Of a stretch of DNA of 64,000 bases, positions 41,263-57,791 are shown piece after piece. The DNA lies in NCBI GenBank assembly GCA_964016885.1, contig OZ024744.1, positions 46,190,001-46,254,000 of the forward strand, written 5' to 3'. Below the pieces are notes generated by a model. The model worked only from the letters and a program-made list of their open reading frames with translations. It had not been told where the DNA came from and did not search any database. Every line of letters starts with the position of its first letter. Within the stretch, counting starts at the first letter, position 1. Made by a program: the position numbers and the translations under genes. Source of the stretch: Eledone cirrhosa (taxonomy: Eukaryota).

Positions 41263-43209
41263 GATCTTTGGATAAAGTACCATTGCAGTATTTGTTCTTA
41301 ATATTCTGAGTTCAAATCCACTGAGGTAAATTTTATATTTTATTCTTCTAGGCTAGATAAAATATATTATATGTACTATGGTTGATTTAAAAAACTTTGC
41401 CCTTCCCCCAAAATTGGTGGTCTTGAGCCTAATTTACAAATCAATAGAGATTTAACAAGTTTGTTGCTTCAAATTTCTCAAAACACTTTTATTTCGTGTG
41501 ATTAGTGCAGTAAATTGGCACTAATCGGTAGAGCGTCAGACAACAAGTTTTGCATCATATAGTTATGTCCTGTTACGTTCTGAGTTCAAATCTTGTGGAG
41601 GGTAGCTTTCCCTTTCATCCATACGGGGTTGATAAAATAAAGTACCAGTAATGTACTGGGGTTGATTTAACTTTCCTCGCCCCCAATATTATTGGGCCTG
41701 TGCCTACATCAAATGCCATTATTTACTGTGTCTAAGAACACTCAGTAACCTATACTATCACTACCCCAATGATACCAGCCAAGACAGTGTCTCAGAATTC
41801 TCTCTCGCCTGCAGAAACCCAGGTACCAGTTGCCTCATGCTCCTGGCTAAGGACAGAATGGAGAAAGGGTTAACCTGGAAGATAGTGAGGGAGATGTGTT
41901 GAAGTAGCCATTAAAACCTTGGGGGGGGGGGGATTACAAGTTTTAAAAACAACAAAGTCCGATAGAATTTTAAACATTTCAAATACCAATGAAGTGTTTG
42001 TGTTTGATTTATTCTAACTACTTTCAAGATATCATTACATATGGTGTTCTTAACAGATGGGAAATTAACAAAAGTATGGAATCACAGACTGGACAAATTC
42101 CTCAAATGTAACTCTTTATTTAAAAAATAGATTGAATATCAGGAGATAAATATAGTTTATTTAATATGTTATGAAAACCTAATAAATGATTTACGCTCAA
42201 AAGAAAGAATATAAAAACCAGGAAAAGACATATACACTCCTTCAATTAAATGTGTAAGGTATTGAACTAGGAACAGTTATTTGTAAATTTCTATTTCAAC
42301 ACAATAAAGCACAATAAACTGAAGAAATGTTGAACTGAAGAACTGTTGAACTGGAAAAATGTCGAACTGTAGAACTGTAGAACTGTTGAACTGAAGAAAT
42401 GTTGAACTGTAGAACTGAAGAATTGTAACACTGAAGAACTGTTGAACTGGAGAAATGTTGAACTGTTGAGCTTGAGAACTGGAGAAATGTTGAACTGTAG
42501 AACTGAAGAAATGTTGAACTGTAGAACTAAAGTGAGGATATAACAACAACGCTGAATGTAATTCCATGGCAAAAGAAATAATAGTGCGCCTGGAGCTGTA
42601 AGGCTGTACTTCAAACCTGTTGGATAAAATTGTGTGCCCCAGTTTAGCTGAAGTATAATAGGCAAAAATATGAGCACACTTGAAACACATAATTGTGATA
42701 TGATTGGCTGTCATTAAATAATTGAACAATAATGCAGCACTTGTTAAATGACATACAATATGAGTTCAATATGTGATAAAGTTGGTGCTGCTTTCTAATA
42801 TTTCTGAGAGAAGACACTGACAGCATTAGTTCAGGTGACAGAGAGTCTCTCAATTACACACCACAACAGGGAATGTTGGTGTTGATCTCTAATATATCTG
42901 AGACAAGACACATCATTAGTTTAGGTGATAGATTAAAGTCACATCATTACCTCAGATGATAGAGGGTCCCTCTACCACACATTACAACAGGGAATTCTAG
43001 CTGTTGCAAATAAATAAAAAAAGAAAAAAAGAATTTTGCCTTTATATCATTAAAAATGAATCTAGGAAGACAAAAATTAAACATGCAAAGGATTTTGATT
43101 CCAGTTAAAAACATATTTAAGAAATTGTGTCTGTAGAAGTGTTATGGTTACATTTGTTATGTTGGTGGACAATAAGTTTAGACTAGTAAAAGGAAGAATA
43201 TCTCAGGGT

Positions 43210-44150
43210 TCACAGTTAAATAGTTTTATCACCAGTGTGTGCGTTTCTGTCTAAGTTACTGTTAGTCACAAAATATTTCCCACATGTTTCACAGGGGAAG
43301 GTCCTTTTTCTGCAGTCTGACTATGTGGCCAACCTGAGTAGAATTCTGAATAAAAGATGTCCAAGATGTTTCACACTGGAAGTTTCTTTCCTCTAGTCTG
43401 AATAAAAGATGTCCAACATGTTTCACACTGGGAGTTTCTTTCCTCCAGTCTCAATAAAAGATGTCCAACATGTTTCACACTGGAAGTTTCTTTCCTCCAG
43501 TCTCAATAAAAGATGTCCAGCATGTTTCACACTGGAAGTTTCTTTCCTCCAGTCTGAAGATATATATGTTTATTAAGTACCAAACTATCAGTAAATGATT
43601 TCTCACATTTTTCACAATGATAGGTTTTTCTCCAAAGTATTCTTTTGTGACTCTGTAACCATTTGTAACAAAATCTTTCCAACATATTTTAAAATAATAA
43701 GGTATTTCTCCAGTACGTGTTCTTTTGTGTAAATGACCATTTGTAACAAAATGTAAACCCCATATTTCTAAATGATATCGTTTTTCTCCAGTGTGTTCTT
43801 TCAAAAACACTGATTTCGGCATAACATTTCCCACATTTTTAACAGTGATATAATTTTTCTACAGTATGTGTTGATTTTTGTCTTCAAATGATTGTTTTTC
43901 ACGAAAGATTACCACACATTTCACAGTTGCAAATTTTTTTCCTCCCTGTTGAACAAAATTTTATCACCAGTGTGTGTGTTTCTAAGTTACTGTTAGTCAC
44001 AAAATATTTCCCACATATTTCACTGGGGAAGGTCCTTTTTCTGCAGTCTGAATATGTGGTCAACATGAGTAGAATTCTGAATAAAAGATGTCCAACATGT
44101 TTATTAAGTACCAAACTATCTGTAAAGGATTTCTCACATTTCTCACATGA
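43210..44150 (-). pseudogene. Paralogous decayed zinc-finger 3' region
   Basis: Colinear with 34680-35300. ORF 43475-43834 matches parts of ORFs 34962-35186 and 34825-35256. Confidence 0.8.
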
Positions 44151-46404
44151 AATGAAATATTTAATCATGTAGCTCACTCTATGTTATCTACAAAATTTTA
44201 ACTTTCACTTTAACATGAGATAATTACTACATAAAATATAATTAGATTAATTAAAGTTATAATTAAGATGGCAGGTACGTGGTGTCGTTGACTGTGTTTC
44301 CTTTTCCGGATGGTGACATGATTTAAAAGTCCCCTACATAATTTAATACATTCAGAAACAACTTCAGTTATATCAATTCACATATTCAATCAATATGCTA
44401 GTTCTTTATTAAGATTTGTGTAAATAACATTCAGAATTTTATATAACTGTTCATATTAAACCAAAATACATTATTAAAGGTAATAAAATATTTAGGAAAT
44501 GGAAATGTAAAGAAGGAAGACGAAAACGAATCAAGCAACGAAAACAATGGGTGAAGGTGAGAGACAGACAGTATATTCCAGTCTGAGTTGTGATTCAGCC
44601 CCACCCTACAGACAAAATGACAACGGTGTTACCACAAAGAATAGCCAGAGACACCCACTGCAACATCCACTCCACCTCATGGGACTCCTTCCTCAAGTGA
44701 GCTGTTGTCTTTCTAATTTTCAGAAGGAAATCAGCAGTGTGGGGACAGAGAGGATGTGGTTGGTTAGGCAGCACAGCAGAAATTGAGAGGAAGAGTGCTA
44801 CTGTTATAAACCGTTTCCAGTCACAGGAAGGATCTATAGATGTGGTTGATAGCTTCTACTATCTAGGTGACCTAATAAGCAGCAGAGGAGGGTGTGCCAA
44901 GAGTATGATGGCTTGAATAAGGATAGGATGGAAGTTTACTGAACCTCTCCTACTGCTGCTAACATAAGGTTTTTCCCTACACACAAAAGAAAGGGTATAT
45001 GAAGCCTGTGTGATGTGCACAATACTGCATGGTAGAGAAACATGGGCTGTGACTGCAGATGATGCGATTAACCTGGAGAAAAATGAAGCAGCCATGTTTT
45101 GTTGGATCTGCAACGTATATGTGAGAGTAATACAGAGCTTGGATTAGCTGAGGAAATCCTAGTGGAAGGAAGCTGCAGTAGAGGATGACCAAGAAAGTCA
45201 GGGCAAATATTTTGCGAGCTTAACTGGAATTGTGAAGACTGGAAGAGGAGATGACGAAGGAAGTGGAGAGATGTTGTGCTAAGAAGGACCTGTACAACCC
45301 ATGCAAGCTTGGAAAAGTAGATGTAATGATGATACACAAAATATACACTATATATATATATAGTGTACGTATATATGTATATAATGTACGTAGCACATAT
45401 ACACAATATATACACTATATATAAATACTGCATATATAGACTATATGCTACATATAGACAATATATAAAGTATATATATACTACATACACATTATATATA
45501 ATGTTGTCCAAGGGAATAGCTGAAACAGCTTGGCACCAATGACATCATAGATCATCATTTAATGATTACTTTCCCTGCTAGCAAGGGGGGTACAGGTCTT
45601 TACAAACCAGGGTGCAGTGGAAGACCACATCTCTCTTACATATGGTCCCACATTCTAGTGAGTGTATTTTATTGTGGCACCAGTACTAAAGAGGTTGTCA
45701 TGTCTTTGACAGAACTGAAGGGTCCTATCAAACCTTTGTTTGACAACAGAAGAAAATTGTAAAGTATTTTCAAATGTGAATTATTAAAAAAAAAAAGTCA
45801 TAATTTCAACTTTCATGAAAGTACCATCAACAAATATTAAAGTTATAAAATTGTTTTTATTTACACATACATGTGGATATTTTGTCATAAATATAAACAA
45901 AAACCAGATAGTGTTTGTAAAATAACACATATAAACACATGAATCTTGTTTTGTTTTTCTTGCACTGATGGAGACATAGGGGTGTCACTGTGGACATTTG
46001 AAGCTTGGTGGAGCCCTTCACTCACCAGGTTAGAACAGGAGATTTCTTCCAGAGAAGGAGAGAGAGGAAGTGAGAAAGAAATATAGAGAGGAAGAACAGA
46101 CCCCTGTGGTAGACAGGTACTTTTTTGTTATCAACCTTGAATGGTTGAAAGGCAAAGTTGACCTCAGCAGGATTTAAACTCAGAGAGCAGAGAACCAGAA
46201 CAAATATGGCAGAAAGCATTCCATCCATTGTTTTATAAACTGTAAATAAATGTTTCCACTTTTAAATCAACCCCAGAAATTGGAAGAGAAATAGGAATGC
46301 CAACTAAATCAAATCCAGTGCATTACTGGTACATTTTTAAACCCAGAACATAAAGGGCTGTAACTATATGGCACAAAGAATGTTGTCTGACGCTCTACAG
46401 ATTC

Positions 46405-47512
46405 ATTGAGAGGTACAACGAATTCCAGAGGCCCCTTGCCATAAGCTTCATCGATTTCTCCAAAGCATTCGATAGCATTCATCGGCCGTCACTCTGGAGC
46501 ATCATGCATGAGTATGGTCTGCCCCAGAAAGTTATTTCGGCAATCAAACAGATTTATGCAAATTCCAAGTGCTGAATACGGACAGAGGATGGTTACAGTG
46601 ACTGGTTTGAGGTGGTTACTCCTGTGCGTCAAGGTTGCTCGCTCTCTCCAATTCTCTTTGCCATAGCCATTGACTGGGTACTAAGAAGAGCGTCTAAAGA
46701 CCAGGGTATATCTTGGGTGGGAGAGCAAAAGTTGTCTGACCTGGACTTGCAGAGAGCACAGCTGACCTGCAAATCATTGTGAACAATATCAATGTCGAAG
46801 CAAGAAGCTCAGGTCTCAATATCAGTGCCAAGAAGACCAAAAGCATGTTATCTGGGACACACCCATCACCAACTAGTGTCTTCATTGAATAGGGGGAGGT
46901 GGAGATAGTGGACAACTTCACCTACATAGGAAAGCTCCATTAACAATGAGGGCACCATGGACAGTGAACTGCAATGTAGAATGGGAAAGGCTTCAGCAGC
47001 ATTTAACCAGCTTGACAAGATCTGAAAGAGCAGGAAGTTCACCCTCAAAACAAAGATGAGATTCTACAACAGCAACGTGCTGTCCACACTCTTGTACAGA
47101 AGTGAAACATGGCACCTTAAGACCAGCCAAGAGAAGAAGTTGGACGCATTCAATTCCAGGTGTCTGCGAAAGATTAAATTGAGTGACCATGTAACAAACC
47201 AGGAAGTCAGGAACCGCACCAACCAGCAGCTGGTCTCTTCTGCCATCTGCAGGCGACGCCTGGGCTGGTTTGGACACGCTTTGAGACTTCCCCCTGAGAG
47301 ACTGGCTAACCAAGTACTTAAATGGAGCCCGCAGGGAAGCAGACGGAGAGGGCGACCCAAAATGAACTGGCGCCAGGCAATTGAGAGGGACCTGCGAGCG
47401 ACAAACAGACAATGGCGGGACGCTGTGCAACTGGCTGCTGACCGAACGCGAAGGAACACAATGATTGCCTCATGCGTTGCAAGACGCGGGAGCTTCTGAG
47501 TCAGAGTCTGAG
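46405..47512 (+). mobile_element. 5'-truncated RTE-like LINE of another family, with a (CTGAGT)n tail
   Basis: FIDFSKAFDS at about 46447, VRQGC at about 46624, ORF 47056-47499 (LLYRSETW, RRRGRPK), tail CTGAGTCAGAGTCTGAGT. Confidence 0.88.
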
Positions 47513-47514
47513 TA

Positions 47515-47800
47515 TTCTTTTGTGTTGTACAACACTAGAACCTTAAGAAAAGGATTTCCCCCACATTTCACATGCAAAAGGTTTTTCTCCAACGTGTGTT
47601 CTTATATGCCTTTTTAAATCACTGTTCAAGACAAAAGACTTCCCACATATTTCACAGTGGAAGGGTTTTTCTCCAGTGTGTATTTTCTCGTGTGAGGATA
47701 GTTTCAATTTTGAAGAGAAAGTTTTCCTGCAAATCTCACAGCTATATTCAGACATATTTCTAGATACAGATCTTTACATAAAGGATTCTCACCACTGCTA
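47515..47800 (-). pseudogene. C2H2 zinc-finger gene 5' fragment (about 3 fingers), cut off at the LINE
   Basis: MSEYSCEICRKTFSS..HEKIHTGEKPFHCEICGK; first finger is paralogous to that of ORF 37533-38228. Confidence 0.8.
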
Positions 47801-49533
47801 CTGATACATTAGGAAATGAAGATATCGTTATGATGCTATGTAGTCTAATATACAAAGGATCCATAAAATACTGCAGAACTCCGCTTTCTTCTTCTACAAA
47901 GTTGTAATGTAGCATTACAACTTTGTAGAAGAAGAAAGAGCCATATGACAGCGTAAGACTGATCTTGGATGAAGAAAAAGCAAGTGCTTATATATATATA
48001 GGTGATTATTGTGTAGTATTCAACTATTATTTTTGCTAAGGTGAGAGCTCTATTCACAATAAAATCCTCAGCTCATAAAACAGACGAATAAGACTTCTAT
48101 AGTTAAGGTTCTTGTTATTGAGGACAGTTCAGGTGACAAGAGAATTAATATCCATAATTTCAAAAGACGAAGGTTAATATATATACATATATATATATAT
48201 ACAGACATACAGTGTGTAGGTATGAGAGAGAGAAATAAATAGCCGTGTGTGTGTAGAAATATGTGTGTAAGTGTTGTAATAAATCAAGATATTTCACTTC
48301 AGATAGAAAAGTTCACAATGTTTGTGTTGTGATGGAAAAAGAAATAATACGTACTTTAGTTTTCAAGACCAAATATAAAGTCAAGAAAAGTTAGTAAAAC
48401 TAAATGTTCACTGATTTCTGATTAAAATAATATTTTCCTGTCCTGTAAAATGTTGAACAACCACTTCAATATTTAATAATACAGGTGATAAAACAACAAC
48501 TATAAGGTAAATAAGTCACCTTATGTTATTTACAAACATTAACGTTCACCTTAATATGAAATAATCACCATAAAAGATAAAATTAGATGAGGTTTAAGTT
48601 GTAACAATGGAGCTGATATAAATGGTAATATTTCACTGTCTAGTTGACACCGGTGTCATCACTTAAAAGTCCCCTACATAATTTAATACATTCAGAAACA
48701 ACTTCCGTTATATTACTTCACACGTTCAATCTATATGTTAGTTCTTTATTCAGATTTGTATAAATAACATTATTAATTTTACATAGCTGTTCATATTAAA
48801 ACAAAACACATTATTAAAGGTAATAAAATATTTAAGAAATGGAAATGTAAAGTATTTTGTTAAACATAAATGTGGATATAAGTTGTAACGGTGGAGCCAT
48901 TGTAGATAACATTCCACTGTCTAGTTGACACTGGTGTCATGACTTAAAAGTCCCCTACATAATTTAATATATTCAGAAACAACTTCCGTTATATGAACTA
49001 GCAGAAAACTACCTTCGGGTGGTTTTCTGCAAGCATGTGTAGTGTGTATATTGATATTATACACACGTATATATATATATACATGTAGATATGATACATC
49101 AAATAAAATCGTAATTGACAATATATAATACACAGAAATTGAACGAAGACTGTGTTACACTGTCTTATGTAATCAGTAACGTAATCCATGATACATTAAA
49201 AAAGGCGATGTTATATATAAACTGCATTAGGAGAAAATTAGTATGTTTATTCAAGCGATGGCCAACCGGAAGTGTCGACATTTTAGAAATTTTAAAGAAG
49301 TGAATCTTTAAATAATGAAAATATATTTAATCAACAGCCACGAAATTTAGTAAATATATTATGTAATATTGATTCATTATTTATTCAATGTCATCCAACT
49401 TATTTTACTAATGGGATAACAAATTATAAACCGTACACAATCCTTAGCTCCTCCTTTTATTATAGTTTAGATTCATGCGTTCAATAGATATGCTAGTCTT
49501 TTATTCAGATTTGAATAAATAAGATTATTAATT

Positions 49534-49718
49534 TGGATTGGCAGTATCGGTAGAGGGTTGGGCGCCATGCTTTTCAGCATAGTTACGTCCCTTTACGATC
49601 TGAGTTCAAATCCCGCCGAGGTTGACTTTGCCTTTCATCCTTACGAGGTCGATAAAATAAAGTACCAGTAATGAACTGGGTAATTGCTGGCCTTGTGCCT
49701 AAAGTAGAAACAATTATT
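49534..49718 (+). mobile_element. Full-length tRNA-derived SINE
   Basis: TGGCAGTATCGGTAGAG ... GAGTTCAAATCCCGCCGAGG ... AGAAACAATTATT. Confidence 0.88.
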
Positions 49719-49814
49719 AATTTAATATAACTGTTCATATTAAACCAAAACACATTATTAAAGGTAATAAAATATTTAAGTAATGGAAAAAAAAACAACG
49801 AATCAACCAGCGAA

Positions 49815-50000
49815 AATAATTGTTTCTACTTTGCCACAAGGCCAGCACTTATCCAGTGTATTACTGGTACTTTATTTTATCGAGCTCGTAAGGATGAAAG
49901 GCAAAGTTAACCCTGGCGGGATTTGAACTCAGATCATAAAGGGAGGTAACTCTATGCGTCAAAGCATGGCGTCTGACGCTCTACCGATACTGCCAATCCA
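49815..50000 (-). mobile_element. Full-length tRNA-derived SINE (opposite orientation)
   Basis: Reverse complement of the same consensus. Confidence 0.88.
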
Positions 50001-50756
50001 ACGAAAATAACGGGAGAGGGACAGACTTTATATTTCAGTCTGAGCTGTGATTCAGCCCCACCCTACCGACAAAATGGCAAAGGTGTTACAACAGAGAATA
50101 GCCAGAGACCCCAACTGCAACATTCTTCCTCAAGTGGGCTGCTGTGTTTCTAATTTTGAGAAGGAAATCAGCAGTGTGGGGACAAAGAGGAATTGGTGAG
50201 TCAGGCCCCGGTATTTAACTATCTCCCTCTTCTCTCTATTGCAGATAGTAAAGACCGGGTTTGTGGCCGCAGGGAAAATGTTGGAGGCAGGGAATGATCC
50301 AACCCATGCTAAACCTCCAACTAATTCTGCTACTTGTCTTTTTCAGCTGTGGAGATTAGAGACATGTGGAATGATGTGTGTTGCTTAAGGACACAATGTA
50401 CCTCCCTAACTGACAATTGAAAACATGATATTACCATATGTTGTATGACTTCACTATACAATATATATGTGTTTGTATACCTATGTATAACTATATATTT
50501 GTGTATACATTGTCTCATTCCATGAGAGTAACTTGGTCAGCCTATGAACTCCTCATCCGACCCTTCTATATGTATATACATGTCTGTGAGTGTGTGTGTA
50601 CATATGTATATATAATATTGTCACAACTACTATATACACCACATATACACTATATATAATATTGTCCAATATATATAGACTATATGTCATGTTGTCCCAG
50701 GGAAAGGCTGATATAGATCAGCACGCGTGACATTACAACTATTATATACACAACAT

Positions 50757-52768
50757 ATCATCATCATCATTATCATTTAACATCTATCGTCCACGCTAGC
50801 ATGGGTTAGACAGAAATTCTCCCACTTGAGGCAGGATTGATCGGGTGACCGTGTCTCGCTCGTATAGGACTGTATCTGGCAGGTTTTCTATGGCTGGATG
50901 CCCTTCCTAACACCAACCACATTTCCAGTGTGGACTGGGAGTCTTTTCGTGATGACACCTACACGACCTCTTTAGTTTGGACTGGATGTTGTGGTACCAA
51001 TATAAAGTTACAGAGAGAGGTTGGTGTTGGTGGGAGTGGGAGGATGGAGTAGGGATTGTGTGTTGAGTGTATATTTGGTTGGGGGGGGGGGGGGGGCTAC
51101 TGACTGTAGGTTAACTTTGCACGTAGGGAAGGCAGTTCTTCTCTGTTACTGTGTGGCACCATAGATCTTGATCCAGTGACATTGTCTTAGAGAAGTGTAA
51201 GTGTGCAAGGTTGGATTTTATGTCGTCCCAGATTTTTCTGGGTCTAGCTACTCCGTAACTTCCATCAATTTTGATCTCCCTGCACTTTTTTATAAAGCTG
51301 TCATCTTTCATGTGCATCACATGACTATACCAACATAATCTTCTCTCAAGTAAACAGCATCTGATCCCTCTTATTCCTAATTTCTCACTTAGTTCGTTTA
51401 TGTCTTGCCGTTCGTGTATTACACATCCAACAGATCATGCATGCCTCATTCCGTTCCAATCTACGCAGGTCCTCTGCACACAATGCCCATGTCTCATTGC
51501 CATGTAACATTGCTGTTCGTATGCACGCATCATACAATGTGCCTTTCATTTTTAGAAAGAAACTTTTTGTGTCTAGCAGCAGTATTAGCTCTCTGAGCTT
51601 TTTCCATCCCGTTCTAACTCTGGCTACTACACTTTGAGAGCACCCTCCACCACTGCTGATTTTGTCACCCAAGCAATGGAAAGTGTCAACTATTTCTATA
51701 GGACCATCTGGACAGTAGAAGGTGCTAGTATCCTGTGGGTACTTGCTGCTTATTTCCCATGAGAATCGGCCACATATAAAATCTACATTCTTAGATAGCT
51801 TACCTGTGATCACACTACATCTTTTATGTACCTATAGTTTGCATTTGGGACATAGAATGGAATTTCTAACTACTCCTTTCCTACACTCTCAGTGCCCTAT
51901 TTTATTTTCTACATACTAGACATTTAGCCTTAGACAAGTTATCTTTAAGGCCATTTGATTCTAGGCCAGGCTTCCATGTTAGGAATTTCTTCTCTAGTTT
52001 AGCCATACATTCAGCTATGAGAGTTAGATCATCTGTATATAGAAGTTCCCATGGGCAGCCTGTCTTAAATACCTCTGTTATAGCGTGAAGGGCAATAATA
52101 AACAGGAGAAAGCTAAGGAATGGGCCTCACTGAACACCTACTTTTACGCTAAATTCTTCACTATATTCATTGTTAATTCTAACCTTGCTGACTGTTTCTT
52201 TGTACATGGCTTGAATACCTCTCACAAGCCATTCATCTACCCCTACTTTTCTAAGGGCCCACCAGATAATGGAGCGGGGGACTCTGTCAAAGGCTTTCTC
52301 CAAGTCAACGAAAGCTAAGTAGAGGGGGTTTACTTTTAGCTAGGTACTTCTCCTGTAGTTGTCGGACAAGGAAAAAAGCATCTGTGGTACTTTTACCTGA
52401 CACAAACCCAAACTGCATTTCATCTAGATCAATTCAGTCTCTAATTAGCTGTGCTATAACTCTTTCTGTGACCTTCATGACCTGGTCAACTAACTTAATG
52501 CCTCTATAGTTCCCGCCTAGCTAGAGCATTTCCTTTACTCTTGTAGCAGTTAACGATGATGCTGCTACGCCAGTCCTTTCGTATGACCCCATTCTGTATT
52601 ACTTGGTTAACTATACGGGGGACCATAGTATGTCCCACCATTCCAGATGCTTTCAACATCTCAACAACTATCTCCGAAGGCCCAGCTGCCTTGCCTGTCT
52701 TCATATCTTTGATTGCCTTACTTATTATACTACCATTAACTTGCACTGATGGTCCTTCTATTGGAGGG
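50757..52768 (-). mobile_element. 5'-truncated decayed RTE LINE
   Basis: ORFs 52504-52875, 51385-51813 and 51111-51320 match the other RTE copies. (CAT)n tail at 50755-50776. Confidence 0.92.
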
Positions 52769-53111
52769 ACGGAGGTTAAATTCCAGTCTGAGCTGTGCTC
52801 CACCCTACAAAATGGCAAAGGTGATACCACAGAGAATAGCCAGAGACACCCACTGCAACATCCACTCCACCTCATGGAACTCCTTCCTCAAGAGGGCTGC
52901 TGTCTTTCTGTTTTGAGGAGGAAATGAGCAGTGTGGGGACAAAGAGGAAGTGGTTTGTCAGGCCCCGGTATTTAACTATCTTCCTCTTCTCTCTATAGCA
53001 GGTAGTAAAGCCTGGGTTTGAGGCCGCAGTGAAAATGTTGGAGGCAGGGAATGATCCAACCCATGCTAAACCTCCAACTAAAGCTGATACTTGTCTTTTT
53101 CAGCTGTGGAG

Positions 53112-54767
<1,656 letters not shown>

Positions 54768-54772
<5 letters not shown>

Positions 54773-55123
54773 TAAACGGAATAGAAAATGCTGACAAATT
54801 GTTCACAGTTGAAAAATGGTTTAATTAGGAATAAAAGAGTATTAGTGATTGTATGGGTTAGTATTCAGTTGTGGTTTTAAGTTTTTAAGTTTTTACCGGT
54901 TGCGCATTTCTAAATGCTTTTCAAAAATAATTTTGAGGTAGACTGTCCGTGCTGTTTGCTCTGATCTGATTAGTTTTGGGAATTCTACCTGTTTTTATGT
55001 TAAAAAAGTGGCTCCAGCAAAATTCTTGTGGTCAAAACAATTTTGATTGGTGGGTAGAGGTCATGTGAATAAAAACTTGGTTTTGCGCCAAGATTGAGAA
55101 ATGACTCTTTCACAACAAATATG

Positions 55124-55203
<80 letters not shown>

Positions 55204-56510
55204 GCAGAGTAATTCGTGGTGGCAGGGATGGTCAGTAAGAATGTGTCTGAAAGTATTTTAGCATGTCAAAAGATATTTTTCAGCTTTTGTCTTATACGGA
55301 GAAGTGCGTGTGTGTGTGTGTGTGTATATATAAGTCTCTTTGTATGTTGATGTACGCGTGTGTATGTGTGTGTGTGTGGGTGGACCAGTATTTTTTTCCC
55401 CCTGGTAAAATGGTGTACATTATTCGATTTTTTCAGTAAAATCGGTTGTCTTAATAGAACATCAAAAATCTTAACAATAAAAGGTGTGAAATGATATTCA
55501 CTATATATATATACACATACATATATTCACTATATATATATATATACATATATACATATATATATGCACATATATTTTTTTGTGTTGCACCATAGAGCAT
55601 GTGTGTTTCCGTATGTCATTGTGTTTATATGTGGGTAGAGATGTGTGCTGATGTAGGTATGTATGTTGACGTGTGTATGTTGTGGGATCGTCTTAGGGAG
55701 AAGTGTTTAGACGGTGTCCGTATTTGTTAATGAAGTAAGATTCCTTGCTGATGCGCTGGGTGTGGGGGGCATTATCTTTAAATTTGTAGAGGAGAAAGAT
55801 TCTGAAGTTGGGATGATTTTGGACGGCACAGGTATCAATGTGTTCACTCAGTGGTATTTTCCTGTATTCCCGTATTTTGATTTGGGATCTATGGACAGTC
55901 ATGCGTTGGCGGAGGCTGTTTTTGGTCTGGCCTATGTATTGTTCTCGACAACCTGAACAAGTTAATACATATATTAGATTTTCCGATGCACATGTGAAAT
56001 TGTGTTTTACTATAAAACGTTGACCATCTTTGAAATAGAATTCCGAACCCTCTATTAGGTTGATGCAAATGCCACAGTTGGGTCTATCGCATTTTTTTAC
56101 TGTGGGTTTCGTTGTTGTGGTTGGCAGTACTTTGGAATCTGTTAAGATGTTTTTCATTGACTTGGATTGTCTTTTGCTCTTTATGATATCATGTGTTCGT
56201 AGAATTTGGTTCATTCTATGGTCCTTTTTCAATACAGGGATGTTCTGGAGGATGGTGTCAAAGGCCTCATTGTTGAGGGGGTTGTGTGTGGAGATGTATG
56301 GAAGAGCTTTTAGTTTTGGTTGATTTACTTTAGGGTGTCTAAGGTCCTGGGTACTGTGTTTTAGGGCACGTTGGATTCCATTGTCAATTAGTGATGCAGG
56401 GTAGTCCCTGCCTATGAGTGTGTCCTTTAGTTCTTGTAGCCGTAAGTAGCAGATGTTTTTATTGGAGACTATAGTACAGATTCTCTTGGCTAAGTTGTAG
56501 GGAATATTAA
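54768..56510 (-). mobile_element. 5'-truncated Penelope-like retroelement (linker + GIY-YIG endonuclease, 3' UTR, pLTR)
   Basis: ORF to 55693: NIPYNLAKRICTIVS, KCDRPNCGIC, NLIYVLTC..QYIGQT..LRQRMTVH. Open for about 270 codons. The pLTR at 54768-54970 ends in (TA)n. Confidence 0.9.
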
Positions 56511-56714
56511 TTTTAATATATATATATATATATATATCATCATCATCATCGTTCAACGTCTGCTTAAGGACACAATGTACCTGCCTAGCTGAGAATTGAA
56601 CACATAATAGGATGTATGACTTCCCTATATATATATATATGTGTGTTTGTATACACATTTATAAATATGTGTGTGAGTACATATGCATATCTATATATCT
56701 ATCTATATATATAC

Positions 56715-57112
56715 ATATCATCATCATTTAACGTCTATCTTCCATGCTAGGAAGGGTTAGACGGGAATTGTCCCACTTGTGGCAAGATTGATTGGGTGAC
56801 CGTGTCTCGCTTGTATAGGACTGTATCTGGCAGGTTTTCTATGGCTGGATGCCCTTCCCTACACCAACCACATTTACAGTATGGACTGGGAACCTTTTTA
56901 CAGTGTGGACTGGGTGTTTTTTTGTCATGACACCTGCATGACCACTTCAGTTTGGATGGGATGTTCTGCTACCAACATAGCTTTACAGAGAAAGGGTGGT
57001 GTTGGTGGTAGTGGGAGAATGGAGTAGGGGTAGTGTGTTGGGGTGTATATTTGGTTAAGAGGTGCTTACTGAGTGTAGGTTAGCTTTGTACGTAGGGAAG
57101 GAAGGTCTTTAC
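56715..57112 (-). mobile_element. RTE 3' UTR fragment
   Basis: Matches 50757-51135; (CAT)n tail. Confidence 0.85.
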
Positions 57113-57155
<43 letters not shown>

Positions 57156-57693
57156 CAGTTTACTACTTGTTTCTTTCAAAGTAGAGTTAAAATGGTATTT
57201 ATCAAGAAAACTTCATGAACTTCACTGGCTGGGTTGAGAGAGAGATTGGGTGAAAGAGAGAGAGTAAGAGTCACTGAGACCAAAGGGGGTCTGTGGAAAG
57301 CAATAGTTTACATGTTTACTCTATCAAGAAATGCTCCAAACTGCTTGGCCTGATCTAAGGCAGGCTATTTATCTATATCACGTCCTCTGTCTCTAGGGCT
57401 TGAGAAGAAAGGGCTGAATTTTTGAGGTCGCCCAATCTCAGACCTGTTGATGCCCAAAAGGAGATAACTCAGAAAATGACCGTTAAATGTGACCCAGAGA
57501 TCAACGTGTAGATAGATTTCGCTACACATATGCATATATATATATATAAATATACATGGGTGTGTATGATTGTCTATAGAAGATTATATTAATAAATGGA
57601 ATTCCAACTTTGTCAGTTTTTCTTGTTTTATTTACAATCCTTTAAAATTATTATGAAATAGTATGGTACAATATTAAATGTTAAGTGTTAATT

Positions 57694-57730
57694 GAACAAG
57701 TACTTTCATGCTTTCGCAATCTTCAGGTTC
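57694..57730 (-). ncRNA. Identical minimal hammerhead motif on the opposite strand
   Basis: Exact reverse complement of 57792-57828. Confidence 0.8.
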
Positions 57731-57791
57731 ATATTCTGTGGTGACAGTGAAGTTTGCGAAAATTGCACAACTGAATGTCACCACAGAATAT

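Noticed and set aside
42310-42530. CTGAAGA motifs and Ser/Phe/Gln-rich ORFs
   Set aside because: A low-complexity (GAACT)-based minisatellite with no stem II or GAAA geometry.
50196-50244. 49-nt GT-AG mini-intron on the + strand
   Set aside because: The donor site is not conserved in the paralogue at about 52950 and no coding exons flank it.
56511-56658. N-terminus of the 321-aa ORF
   Set aside because: Read-through across (TA)n, (GAT)n and unrelated flank; PLE homology starts at about 56510.
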